Of a stretch of DNA of 64,000 bases, positions 1 to 9,587 are shown one piece after another. The notes under the pieces were generated by a model that was not told where the DNA came from, ran no database searches, and was given only the letters and a program-made list of their open reading frames with translations. Made by a program: the position numbers and the translations under genes. Position 1 is the stretch's first letter. Every line of letters begins with the position of its first letter. Source of the DNA: an uncultured Candidatus Rokubacteria bacterium (lineage in GTDB: Bacteria > Methylomirabilota > Methylomirabilia > Rokubacteriales > DASRDR01); NCBI GenBank assembly GCA_963805625.1, contig CAWDVE010000010.1:128001-192000 (forward strand), given 5' to 3'.

Positions 1-2578
1 GGGCATCAAGCCGGGGATCGTCATGCCGGATGCCGTCTTTTGCCAGGGTTATTGCCTGGCGGTATATCCGTGTCATATCTGCAGCATAGGCTCTGGTCCT
101 GCCCCGTGCATCGATGACCACATCACTGACACCGATCTCCATGAGGGACGGGAGATGATCGATCAGGCATATCTCCGCGGCATTGTAAATGTGGCTTCGG
201 CATTCACCATCAATCCGTACCGGGAACAGGTGCCCGGTAGCATCCATTATTCCGGAGAATGCTGAAGTCCCTGGATATTCTTTGCCACTGCACTGTAACC
301 ATGGCTGGAGAATACAGTCTTCTGATATCATCGCCTCACTATTTCCCTGCACGATGAGGGCAAACTGCGTCGCAAGTCCCCGGGATCGGGCAGATGCGAT
401 CAGGACACGGATCTCGTCACGCGAAAGTTCCGGCGAGAGTGTAAGCAACCCGACGGATGAAAGTGCCTGCGCGGACAGGTGGTTGAAGATATTGAGCCCG
501 GCAGCACCGGAAAGGCAAACCTTCGGATCGGTATGCATGAGGGCATATGCCGTCCCGTAATTTTCGGCCATATAGTCATGGATGCCCATTCTTACGAGGC
601 GGGGTACTATTGAAAGAAATGCGTTAAGACTGGTATCTTTCAGAATTTTTGGTGATTTACAGACGAACCGGACACCTGCCTCCCGGCAAATTCCAAAAAC
701 AGCACTGATCTGCGTTTCCATTGACTGTGGATGAGGATGGGTGCAACAATGAGTCGAAGGATCGGAGTAGACCGGTTCAAAACAGATGGCATCACATCCG
801 CCCTCAATTGCCCCCACTACACCTTCAGGTGAATCTGCATAGACCCAAAGGTCCAGGGACGATGACGGGCCGGGAGGTCCGGAAGTCCTGAGATGCACTC
901 CGGGTTTCATTTCCTCCCAGCGCCGGTGTGCCTGGTTAACATCTGACAGTGAGGGTCGGTATGCAGTCACCAGTGTCTCCTCTGCCAGTACAAGAAATTC
1001 CCTCCGGGCACGGTTCAGTGAAGCGAGAGGTGCAAACATATCCCCGTCATAGGAGAGGGTAAAATTCCGTAGGGAGAACGGGGAACCTCCTGTTTTTATC
1101 AGCTGCCGGCTGAGCTGGTCCCGGGTAACCGGCCGGGTTTGTGCAGGTGCCATGCAGAAATCAGATCGGCAGGTGACCGGGATCTCCTGCCCGTTTCTCG
1201 TATGAATGACTCCCTCAAGCACCAGCCTGCCGTCCGCATCGACGCTGGCAGCAAGGTCGACAGGTACCGGGCGGACAAGGACGGACGAGGAATCTGCCGT
1301 GATCTGTCGTGCACGACGCCCCAGGTCTGTTGACGAAGTGATGTATACCCTCGCGCCAGGTTCCACCGGATGCGGAACTCTCAGGAGAATCTCTCCTTTT
1401 TTCTGCAGGGGGACGGTATTGAGGGAAAAACCGGATTCACGGTTGGTTTCAGGATGAATGATAAGGAGGCCGTCTCCGGGCGAAGGGATCATCCCGCCGA
1501 CAGATCTGACGGTGATGGTTTTTGACCGTTCGTCGTACCGTTTCACAACTCCTATGCAGATACCCCGGTTATCCCCGGCATCTCTTCCCATGAGGGCAGT
1601 ATGTCGCTGCCCGAAAAGATACCCGGACGTAAACCCGCGGTTGAATGCAAGGAGGAGGTCCTGAACTGCGCCTGCCGGTACACCTGCATCTCCCGAAGCA
1701 ATCGCATCGAGGGCTTTACGGTAGGTTGACACCACGATCGAGACGTATTCTGCTGATTTCATACGCCCTTCGATCTTCAATGAGACGACCGGGGACCTGA
1801 CGAGATCGGGCAGGTTTGTATACGTACAGAGATCTTTTGGGGAGAGCAGGAAGTGCCCGGGGGTGGGAACTTCACGGAGTCCGGTCGGCCTGCCATACTC
1901 GTCCGTTTCAGCGGTCACCAGCGAATAGGGTTTTCGGCAGGGCTGGGCACACATCCCCCGGTTTCCGCTCCTTCCGCCGATCACTGAGGAGAGGAGACAC
2001 TGGCCCGAGTAGGAATAACAGAGTGCACCGTGTGCGAAGACTTCGAGACCGATGCCGTATTTACCCGTTTCCCGTGCAATGCGGGATATTTCTTCAAGGG
2101 TAAGCTCACGGGCAAGGACAACCCGCGAAAAGCCCTGTTCTGCCGCCCACCTGACACCATCGGTTGAATGGATGGTCATCTGGGTTGAAGCGTGGAGAGG
2201 CAGCTGTGGCACAATGTTACGGGCGAGTGCGACCACTCCGGTATCCTGGATGAGCACCGCATCGGCACCCACTGAATAGAGCCAGATGAGATATTCAGCC
2301 ACCTGTTCCAGTTCCCGGTCATGGATAAGGGTGTTTATGGTAACGTAAACCCGGACATCCCTGCGATGGGCATAGGTGATTGCCTCTTCAATCTCCGCAT
2401 CAGTAAAATTCGGTGCAGACCTGCGGGCGCCAAACTGTTTCCCGCCCAGGTATACGGCGTCCGCTCCTGCAGCAACAGCCGCCCGGAACGCCTCCGGTGA
2501 CCCGGCAGGTGCAAGGAGCTCGGGAAGAGAGGTCCCGCTTCGGATTTGGGAGGACTGTTGCATCGGTGTACCGTTCAT
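1..2578 (-). CDS. Peptidase U32 family protein (RlhA/TrhP-like RNA hydroxylation family, long form); runs off the left edge
   Basis: Manual translation from ATG 2578 gives ...LPELLAPAGSPEAFRAAVAAGADAVYLGG...HASTQMTIH...EVFAHGALCYSYSGQCLLSSVIGGRSGNRGMCAQPCRKPY, the U32 signature. The same frame reads open at positions 2-58. It is absent from the ORF track because there is no stop in the window. Confidence 0.9.
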   Translation of the reverse strand, partial: MNGTPMQQSSQIRSGTSLPELLAPAGSPEAFRAAVAAGADAVYLGGKQFGARRSAPNFTDAEIEEAITYAHRRDVRVYVTINTLIHDRELEQVAEYLIWLYSVGADAVLIQDTGVVALARNIVPQLPLHASTQMTIHSTDGVRWAAEQGFSRVVLARELTLEEISRIARETGKYGIGLEVFAHGALCYSYSGQCLLSSVIGGRSGNRGMCAQPCRKPYSLVTAETDEYGRPTGLREVPTPGHFLLSPKDLCTYTNLPDLVRSPVVSLKIEGRMKSAEYVSIVVSTYRKALDAIASGDAGVPAGAVQDLLLAFNRGFTSGYLFGQRHTALMGRDAGDNRGICIGVVKRYDERSKTITVRSVGGMIPSPGDGLLIIHPETNRESGFSLNTVPLQKKGEILLRVPHPVEPGARVYITSSTDLGRRARQITADSSSVLVRPVPVDLAASVDADGRLVLEGVIHTRNGQEIPVTCRSDFCMAPAQTRPVTRDQLSRQLIKTGGSPFSLRNFTLSYDGDMFAPLASLNRARREFLVLAEETLVTAYRPSLSDVNQAHRRWEEMKPGVHLRTSGPPGPSSSLDLWVYADSPEGVVGAIEGGCDAICFEPVYSDPSTHCCTHPHPQSMETQISAVFGICREAGVRFVCKSPKILKDTSLNAFLSIVPRLVRMGIHDYMAENYGTAYALMHTDPKVCLSGAAGLNIFNHLSAQALSSVGLLTLSPELSRDEIRVLIASARSRGLATQFALIVQGNSEAMISEDCILQPWLQCSGKEYPGTSAFSGIMDATGHLFPVRIDGECRSHIYNAAEICLIDHLPSLMEIGVSDVVIDARGRTRAYAADMTRIYRQAITLAKDGIRHDDPRLDA

Positions 2579-2579
2579 G

Positions 2580-3104
2580 TTACAAGACCAGCCTGAAAAT
2601 ACCGATCGTCGCAAGCAACGTTACGATCGAGATGGATATATATCCCACCATGATCAGGAAAATCGAGAGATCCCGTCGCCACCCGAGTACCCGGGATAGT
2701 GCCGGGCAGACATAGAATCCGAAAATGATAACGCAGGGAATCAGGCCAAGTATCCCGTATTTTGTCAGGATTGCGGAATGATGTGCCTTTTCTTCTGATT
2801 TTTTCAGAAACCCGGATACTCTCGGGGAATATTCACCCATTATATCAAATATATCGAACATGGTCAGGGTTACCCCGAAAGCAACACAGACAAGGACGTA
2901 GAGGACATAGATCGGGTGTAACCCAAGACCGATGCCCAGGGCAGCAGCACCATATTCAATAATAAAGGTACCGGTAATGAGGGCAAGACCGGATGAAAGG
3001 GGGAAGCCGAACAGGAATACCGGGATAAGGGGCAGTACAATGGCCAGGAGAAAACCCCTGGTAATCGCAGGGCACAGATCACGCAGGAAACGGGCGACCT
3101 CCAT
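2580..3104 (-). CDS. Multi-pass membrane protein (small multidrug-export-like family)
   Basis: 174-aa hydrophobic ORF with 4-5 TM segments and a KYGILGLIPCV motif; adjacent to and co-oriented with the U32 gene. Confidence 0.7.
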   Translation of the reverse strand: MEVARFLRDLCPAITRGFLLAIVLPLIPVFLFGFPLSSGLALITGTFIIEYGAAALGIGLGLHPIYVLYVLVCVAFGVTLTMFDIFDIMGEYSPRVSGFLKKSEEKAHHSAILTKYGILGLIPCVIIFGFYVCPALSRVLGWRRDLSIFLIMVGYISISIVTLLATIGIFRLVL

Positions 3105-3260
3105 ATCTGATAGAGAAATGAGAGATAAAAAGAGATAAACTGGTCTCTTTTCCCGGCGGTCAGGAAGAATAACGGAATTGTAGGCTCAGGAGAAACAGGC
3201 ATGAACGGGAATGGTTCTCACCCAACCATGAAAATCATTAAACCATGCAATTTCAGGAGG

Positions 3261-3373
3261 ATCCCCGCCTCAGGGCCTCTCCGAGGCACGGCGGGGCAGG
3301 ACGGTGTTTGCAAATATACTCCCTCGTACTGATCCGCCGCGGGGGCGCCCCGTCGGGGGCGGCGGGGTTCATC
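3261..3373 (-). repeat. Dispersed 113-bp GC-rich double-hairpin repeat, copy A
   Basis: Reverse complement aligns nearly end to end with 6863-6976 (GATGAAC..CCGCCGCCCCCGA.GGG.CGCCCCCGCGGCGGATCAG...CCGCCGTGCCTCGGAGAGGCCCTGAGGCGGG). Confidence 0.9.
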
Positions 3374-3550
3374 GCAAATAATTAAGAGTGTAAACCTTCC
3401 ACTACGCACAAATGTTTAATTCTATTATCATGAAAAATCCTCAGAATATTTTCTTAACGCTCTTTTGGGGCTACATCATGTAATATCTACCTTGTCAATC
3501 AGAGAAATGGTGCATCTTTTTTTTATCATAGGCACCAAGGTACGGAGTAC

Positions 3551-4186
3551 ATGAAGATTGTCGCTGCGCTCACCGATCCATCCCAGGCCTCCTCTGCACA
3601 GGATCTCGGGGCAGATATCATCGAGCTCCGGTTCGATCTGATGGAGGACGATCCTCTGACCTGTGTACAGATATGCAGGGATGCCTGTCCATTACCCATA
3701 ATCGGCACGATCCGGTCGGCGCAGGAAGGCGGAATGTTTTTCGGGGATGCAGCAGCATGGCTGGAAAAGATATGCCCGGTCGTCCCGCTGGTTGATTATA
3801 TCGATATAGAGCAGCGGTTTGCATCCTGTGCATCTCAGGTCCGCGAGAGCGGGAAAATGATCATCGCCTCGCACCATACCGGTATGATGCTGTCCCTGCC
3901 GGAACTGTTTGCCCTTGAGCGGGATCTCAGGGCGTATGGCGACATCGTAAAGATTATCGTTACACCCCGGAACAAAGGAGATATCCTTGAGCTGCTCGAG
4001 TTCACCCATGCGATAAAAAAACCTGTCTGCACCGGCGTGATGGGTGCACAGTTCAGGTACGCCCGGGCAATCCTGCCGCTCTTTGGATCCGGGCTTGTAT
4101 ACTGTCACACCGGCACCAGGACAGCTGAAGGCCAGTATTCGGTGCAGGAATTTGTCTCCCTTATGAAACTGCTGAAAAACGGGTAG
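3551..4186 (+). CDS. aroD: Type I 3-dehydroquinate dehydratase
   Basis: GADIIELRFD, TIRSAQEGG, DYIDIE, IIASHH, DIVKII, MG...R and TAEGQ motifs of type I DHQase. Confidence 0.9.
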   Translation: MKIVAALTDPSQASSAQDLGADIIELRFDLMEDDPLTCVQICRDACPLPIIGTIRSAQEGGMFFGDAAAWLEKICPVVPLVDYIDIEQRFASCASQVRESGKMIIASHHTGMMLSLPELFALERDLRAYGDIVKIIVTPRNKGDILELLEFTHAIKKPVCTGVMGAQFRYARAILPLFGSGLVYCHTGTRTAEGQYSVQEFVSLMKLLKNG

Positions 4187-4431
4187 GGATCCTTTTTCTG
4201 TGAGAATACACTGAAATCCGTAGTACTTATTGTTGTTCTGAAAATGTATTGAGGCACAACCATTATTAATCGCCTGTTAATACGGAAAATTTTGTTATCG
4301 CGAAACACTGACAACTTTAAACCCTCTCTTTTTTAGGTATAGTGAGTGGAGACTGAAACGGGCACTCGTGTCAGGAATAAAGAGAAAAATATATTAAAAT
4401 TAAGTGGATAGAATCTTCCATCGATCATTAA

Positions 4432-4453
4432 ACCAAGTGGTAGACCAAGTGGT
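4432..4453. promoter_or_regulatory. Tandem palindromic boxes ACCAAGTGGT x2 (12-bp period), candidate operator
   Basis: ACCAAGTGGT at 4432-4441 and 4444-4453; each has ACCA/TGGT dyad arms; located about 35 bp upstream of a wHTH regulator gene. Confidence 0.45.
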
Positions 4454-4488
4454 TAAAGAAAATAAAAGAAATTGAGGCAGAAATTATT

Positions 4489-4863
4489 ATGAGAACAGAG
4501 GAAGTGAGGTATTTCACTGAAAAGGAAATGGAGTTCGCAAATCTTCTCATTGAGATCGGGACGAGGAAAAGTGTCGCAAAGGTATTAGTATTCCTCGCAA
4601 ATATTCCGGAAGCTTCCTCAAGGGACATAGAAAGAGGAACAGATCTTCGTCAGCCCGAGGTCAGCATCGCTATGCGATATCTTACCGGTCAGAGATGGAT
4701 CACTTACCATGAAAGGAAGGATGAGGGCAAAGGCCGTCCGGTCAAGATATACGAATTGTCCCGCCCGATGCATGAAATAATGAACAGTATTGAAAATGAA
4801 AAGAAGAATGAGGCGGCAAATCAGCTCGCACTTGTTCAGAAATTACAATATTATCTCCGCTGA
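4489..4863 (+). CDS. Archaeal winged-HTH transcriptional regulator (ArsR/MarR-like)
   Basis: SSRDIERGTDLRQPEVSIAM helix-turn-helix and GKGRPVKIY wing, typical of a methanogen regulator family. Confidence 0.85.
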   Translation: MRTEEVRYFTEKEMEFANLLIEIGTRKSVAKVLVFLANIPEASSRDIERGTDLRQPEVSIAMRYLTGQRWITYHERKDEGKGRPVKIYELSRPMHEIMNSIENEKKNEAANQLALVQKLQYYLR

Positions 4864-5015
4864 AGTGACCGAGTCACCATGATTCCGTCTTCAACATTCT
4901 CAGCATCCCAACGAATTATTTTCCTTCCCTGATGTGAATACATTCACCACCTTTCCAGCGCTCACAATCTTCTTTGTGGCACGGGACACAGCCAGGAACG
5001 AAGTCGATGCCATGT

Positions 5016-5321
5016 CTATCCAATGGTGAATTGAATTTTTCCGGCAGCGCCAGTACGTGACCATGATCCTGGATTGTAGGTGTCATAGGCCCACTCCCCC
5101 AGGTGCGTAGTCGAAAGATTCTCCACCGCTGTTTCCAAGCCGGTAACCCGTGTTGCCAAAGCGGTAATCTGGGTCTGTAATTCATTCAATAGGTCCCAAA
5201 TTTTATTAAAAGGAAATCCCTTCGGCAAAGGATTGTCTGTTGGCAACGTGGCCGCTACTGGTGCAATGACCATCGCAAGGATCACCAGCGCGACAGCGAT
5301 TGTAAGTATCTTCTTGTCCAT
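5016..5321 (-). CDS. Small secreted hypothetical protein (signal peptide plus coiled coil), possibly truncated
   Basis: MDKKILTIAVALVILAMVIAPVAA signal peptide followed by a heptad-like segment; purine-rich RBS-like sequence upstream. Confidence 0.6.
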   Translation of the reverse strand: MDKKILTIAVALVILAMVIAPVAATLPTDNPLPKGFPFNKIWDLLNELQTQITALATRVTGLETAVENLSTTHLGEWAYDTYNPGSWSRTGAAGKIQFTIG

Positions 5322-5804
5322 TTTCTTACTCCTTCACAATATCATGAGAGAGGGTGACAGCACGATAAGCATATGAGTCATCCCAATCGGTCGGACATTA
5401 TCCGGGAAATTTTATAAAATATCTTCCAAAAAACAGATTTCATATCAAATTTTGAAACAAATCAATTTCAAAACAGATGCGAATGGGTGGGACCCCCCCC
5501 AAATGGTTCTAATCCACTCAAGATCGAATTTCAATGGGTAACGCGGGTTGTTGCAGACTGGGCAGTACTGCCAATTCAACGTTAACCAGTTCTCAAAAAA
5601 ATATTCAGCCATCAAAACAACCTGGTAAATTTTCCGAACTTGATCAGAAAATTTACACGGAATTTTTGAGTTATCTCGAAATTATCAAAATTTGACAGTT
5701 ATCAGTATGTGTTGGCACGATACCAACCATTATTATCTTCTATAAAGAAGTGCAGGTATTCTGCGTTCACTGCGATGGACGTGAATCTGACTAAGGTGAC
5801 CGAC

Positions 5805-6695
5805 ATGGAAAAAACTTATCCGTACGGAAAGGGGGACGGGACGATCCGATGGGTCTCGGGAGAATGGCTGGAGAGCCACCTCCAGGATAAAGGGCTTATT
5901 ATCATCGACTGCCAGCCGAATATTCACGAGTATATCCAGGATCATATCCCCGGTGCCCTGTATGCGCACGAGAACCTGTTCCGGATACACGACGGTGCGA
6001 TTCCGACCCGCTGGATTCCGGCAGATGCTGCGGAGATCCTGTTCAGGACCCTGGGACTTGAACCGGAAAAACCGGTAGTCATCTACTCAAGCAGCGGCCC
6101 TCTCACGACCTGCGCCACCTTTATCGGCGACGGGCTCGAGCAGACCATGGTCGCATACACGTTGGCCCGGTACGGCCACCGGAATGTGTATGTGCTTGAC
6201 GGTGGCCTTGAGAAATGGAAGGAGGAAAAACGGCCCCTCACCCGGCAATTCGATCTCGCAAAACCCTCCTCGTTCACCGTTAACCTCCAGAAGGATTTTT
6301 TCGTCGACTATTACGAGTTCATCAGGCTCATGGACAAACCGGATGTTGTCCTGCTGGATGCCCGTCCCCCCCCGTTTTATGAAGGGCAGGGACCATGGAT
6401 CAGGCCCGGTCATATCCCGGGAGCTGTCAGCCTGCCATGGAAGGGCCTGATGGACGACAAAAACAAGAAACTCATGAAACCCGATGACCAGATCCAGAGC
6501 ATTGTCAAAGCGGCCGGAGCTACGCCGGATAAGACCATAATCTGTTCCTGCGGTACCGGCCGCGAGGCAACCAACGAGTTCCTGCTCTTCAGATATTACC
6601 TCGGGTACAAAAACGTGGTTCTTTACGAAGGCGGGTTTACCGAGTGGGCATCCTACCCGAATAATCCGATCGTGACCGGGAAAAACCCCCGGTAA
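5805..6695 (+). CDS. Tandem-domain rhodanese/sulfurtransferase
   Basis: YIQDHIPGA, VLDGGLEKW, GHIPGAVS, active-site CSCGTGREA and YEGGFTEW motifs; AAGGTGA RBS before ATG 5805. Confidence 0.92.
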   Translation: MEKTYPYGKGDGTIRWVSGEWLESHLQDKGLIIIDCQPNIHEYIQDHIPGALYAHENLFRIHDGAIPTRWIPADAAEILFRTLGLEPEKPVVIYSSSGPLTTCATFIGDGLEQTMVAYTLARYGHRNVYVLDGGLEKWKEEKRPLTRQFDLAKPSSFTVNLQKDFFVDYYEFIRLMDKPDVVLLDARPPPFYEGQGPWIRPGHIPGAVSLPWKGLMDDKNKKLMKPDDQIQSIVKAAGATPDKTIICSCGTGREATNEFLLFRYYLGYKNVVLYEGGFTEWASYPNNPIVTGKNPR

Positions 6696-6797
6696 CTGCG
6701 GATTTCATTTTCAAGGTATCCGATCCTTTTCGTGGGTATTTTCCTAAACTATCATCGGATAAAGTTCCATCCCGAATCGTGAAAAGCGTAAGAATCA

Positions 6798-6840
6798 GAA
6801 ATAATGAAGGTTCCCTCAGACTCTGAAATAATGAAGGTTC
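6798..6840 (+). repeat. 16-bp direct repeat GAAATAATGAAGGTTC x2
   Basis: Copies at 6798-6813 and 6825-6840. Confidence 0.8.
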
Positions 6841-6862
6841 ACTCCTCTATTTTATCAGATAG

Positions 6863-6976
6863 GATGAACGCCGCCGCCCCCGAAGGGACGCCCCCGCGGC
6901 GGATCAGATCGAGGGATTATTTTGCATAACACCTTCCTGACCCGCCGTGCCTCGGAGAGGCCCTGAGGCGGGTGAT
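6863..6976 (+). repeat. Dispersed 113-bp GC-rich double-hairpin repeat, copy B
   Basis: Inverted homolog of 3261-3373; lies between convergent genes. Confidence 0.9.
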
Positions 6977-7214
6977 GCTCATAAATACATCGGATATGGC
7001 AGGCTTTGGATCAATATTCATGAGAATATTTTAACGATTTTGACGTCACTTCTTAACAATGCCATTAAAAACAGTAACAAATTGATTTTCCAGGAAATTA
7101 TTGCATCACGAACAAACCCTTACGTTTGTTATTCGTAAACCTTCAAAACCCGCGACTGCAGATTACCTCTCCAAACTCGCACAAAAAATAGTATCACTGA
7201 GTGATGAGACCTTT

Positions 7215-8201
7215 TCATCCATACTTGTCCTGTTCCAGTAAACAGTCCATCAATACCAGTGCCAGCATGGCCTCAGCGACCGGCAGGATACGCGGAACGA
7301 TGCAGGGATCGTGTCTCCCTCTCACGGAGATTCCAACCATGTGCCCGTGAATGTCCCGTGTCTGCTGGAGCTTTGTAATTGAAGGGGTCGGCTTGACGGC
7401 AATCCGGACAACAATATCCTGGCCGGTGGAGATGCCGCCAAGGATACCCCCGGCATGGTTGGACGAAAATCCGTCCTTTGTCATCTGGTCGTTGTTCTCG
7501 CTGCCGAACCTGCCTGCAACCGCAAACCCGTCACCGATCTCGACTCCCTTGACCGCACCTATACCCATCATGGCCCCGGCCAGCTGTGCATCCAGTTTTC
7601 CAAAGACCGGATCGCCAAGGCCGGCGGGACATCCCCGGGCAACAATCTCAGCGATACCTCCCACCGAATCTCCCGCCTCTTTTGCATTGAGGATTTCCTG
7701 CTCAATATCGGCAGGGGAGGTTTTACCGTGCACCGCTGAAATCCTGCTCCCGATGGTGATGCCCCGGGCTGAAAGATATTTCAGGGCAACTGCACCGGCA
7801 GCGACACGGCCGATGGTCTCGCGCCCGGAACTCCTTCCCCCGCCACGGTGATCCCGTATACCGTACTTTTCCTGGTACGTGAAATCCGCATGGCCCGGGC
7901 GGAATTTTTCACGGAACTCTTCATAATCCTTCGATTGCTGGTCCTCATTACGTACCATGAGTGCAATCGGGGCGCCGGTGGTTTTCCCTTCGAAAATCCC
8001 GGACAGGATCTCCACCCGGTCCTTCTCCTGCCGTGGTGAAGAGAGCGGGGATGTTCCCGGCCGCCGCCGATCGAGAAATGGCTGGATATCTGTCTCTGCC
8101 AGGTCCATGCCGGGCGGGCAGCCATCTATGATAACTCCGATAACGGGCCCATGGCTCTCACCAAAGGTGGTAATCCGGAAATTCCTGCCCAGTGAATTCA
8201 T
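7215..8201 (-). CDS. aroC: Chorismate synthase
   Basis: [32 protein letters not shown] and GRHDPC motifs; ATGA overlap with the aroE stop. Confidence 0.97.
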   Translation of the reverse strand: MNSLGRNFRITTFGESHGPVIGVIIDGCPPGMDLAETDIQPFLDRRRPGTSPLSSPRQEKDRVEILSGIFEGKTTGAPIALMVRNEDQQSKDYEEFREKFRPGHADFTYQEKYGIRDHRGGGRSSGRETIGRVAAGAVALKYLSARGITIGSRISAVHGKTSPADIEQEILNAKEAGDSVGGIAEIVARGCPAGLGDPVFGKLDAQLAGAMMGIGAVKGVEIGDGFAVAGRFGSENNDQMTKDGFSSNHAGGILGGISTGQDIVVRIAVKPTPSITKLQQTRDIHGHMVGISVRGRHDPCIVPRILPVAEAMLALVLMDCLLEQDKYG

Positions 8202-9587
8202 GCGATGAACTCCTTTACTTTTTCTGCCGGGACATCGATGCCGAAGAAGAGGTAAAACTGCTCCCGTGCCTGTTCGACAAACATCTCGGTTCCGCTGATT
8301 ATACGGCACCCCTTTGCCTGCGCTGCTTCAAGCAGCGGGGTCATCGGGGGTGTATAGACGAGGTCGAATACGGTGAGGTCTCTGTACAACTGGTCTTCCC
8401 GCAGGGGATTACGGGTGTCCGGCTGCATGCCGAGAGGGGTCGCGTTCACGACAAGATCCGGTTTTATACTGTCAAACTTATCCCAGGTCCCCCACGCACA
8501 GCCGAACCGTTCTGCGAGTTTCTTTGCGTTCTCCGGAGTCCGGTTCAGGATCGTCACGTCCATATCAAGATCTTTCATGGCATAGGCTGCCCCTGCCGCC
8601 ACACCACCCGCACCCAGGAGGACCGCCTTTGCACCTTTCATGGAGATGAGAGGTTTGCGGACCCCGAGCCAGTCCGTGTTGTAGCCGATGGCGGTTCCGC
8701 AGGCAAAGACGACCGTATTCACGGCCCCAATCTGCTGTGCCGCGTGCTCGTCAATCTCATCGAGGTACTGTATCACCTCATGTTTGAAGGGGATGGTTAC
8801 GGACAGTCCTTTGGCATCGATTGCACGGGCGACTTCCATGATCTCGTCCAGTTCAGGGTCCTCAAACCAGGTATAGTGGTAATTGAGGCGGTAATGATCA
8901 AAAAGTGCATTGAAGAGCCGGGGGCTCCTGCTGTGCGCACACGGGTATCCGGCAACTCCCATGATCCGCATCGTTGGATCTGTAGTTGCGCCGACAAGTA
9001 TGTCCTCAAGTTTTTTCAAGGGGGCCGGGGAAGCGCACGGTCCTGAAAAATTCAAGCGCCCTGTTCCGCTGAGCGGTGGTGGGAACTCCTTCGCGCAGCC
9101 GTACCAGGATAGTTTCTGCAGCCTGGACAGGCGAGGTCTCGCTGGTGTCCGTGCAGAAATCCGCGGAGGCGTAATAATTCCGCCTCCGGCGGTCCATCAT
9201 GGAAGCGATCTCTTCATGGAGGGGAAGGGTGGTGAGCGGGGGCCTGGGTTTTTTTATCAGCCGCTGTTCGATGGTATCGATGTCAGCTACCAGGAGCACG
9301 ATGGTACTTTCACGACGGAGATATTCCATGTTTTTTGGATCGCAGACAACACCTCCCCCCGTACTTACGATGGCATCTGCTGCGGGGAGCGTTGAGATTA
9401 CCTCACGCTCTGCACTGCGGAATCGTTCCTCCCCGTCATAATGGAAAATATCGGGTATGGAACGCCCGGTCCCTGACTCGATCAGATTATCGGTGTCAAT
9501 AAAAGGGACGTTCAGCCGCGATGACAGGATCCTGCCAATCGCGGTTTTCCCGGTCCCGCGAAAACCGGTCAATACAATTCTTCTCAT
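8198..9587 (-). CDS. aroE: Shikimate kinase-shikimate dehydrogenase fusion (AroK-AroE), apparent frameshift at about 9010-9035
   Basis: 9006-9587 encodes a P-loop kinase ([23 protein letters not shown]). 8198-9055 encodes AroE ([40 protein letters not shown]). The frames overlap across the homopolymer run CCCCGGCCCCCTTGAAAAAA. Confidence 0.85.

Noticed and set aside
9006-9055. Programmed ribosomal frameshift between aroK and aroE
   Set aside because: Neighbouring genes carry similar single-base indels at unrelated positions, so sequence error is more parsimonious.
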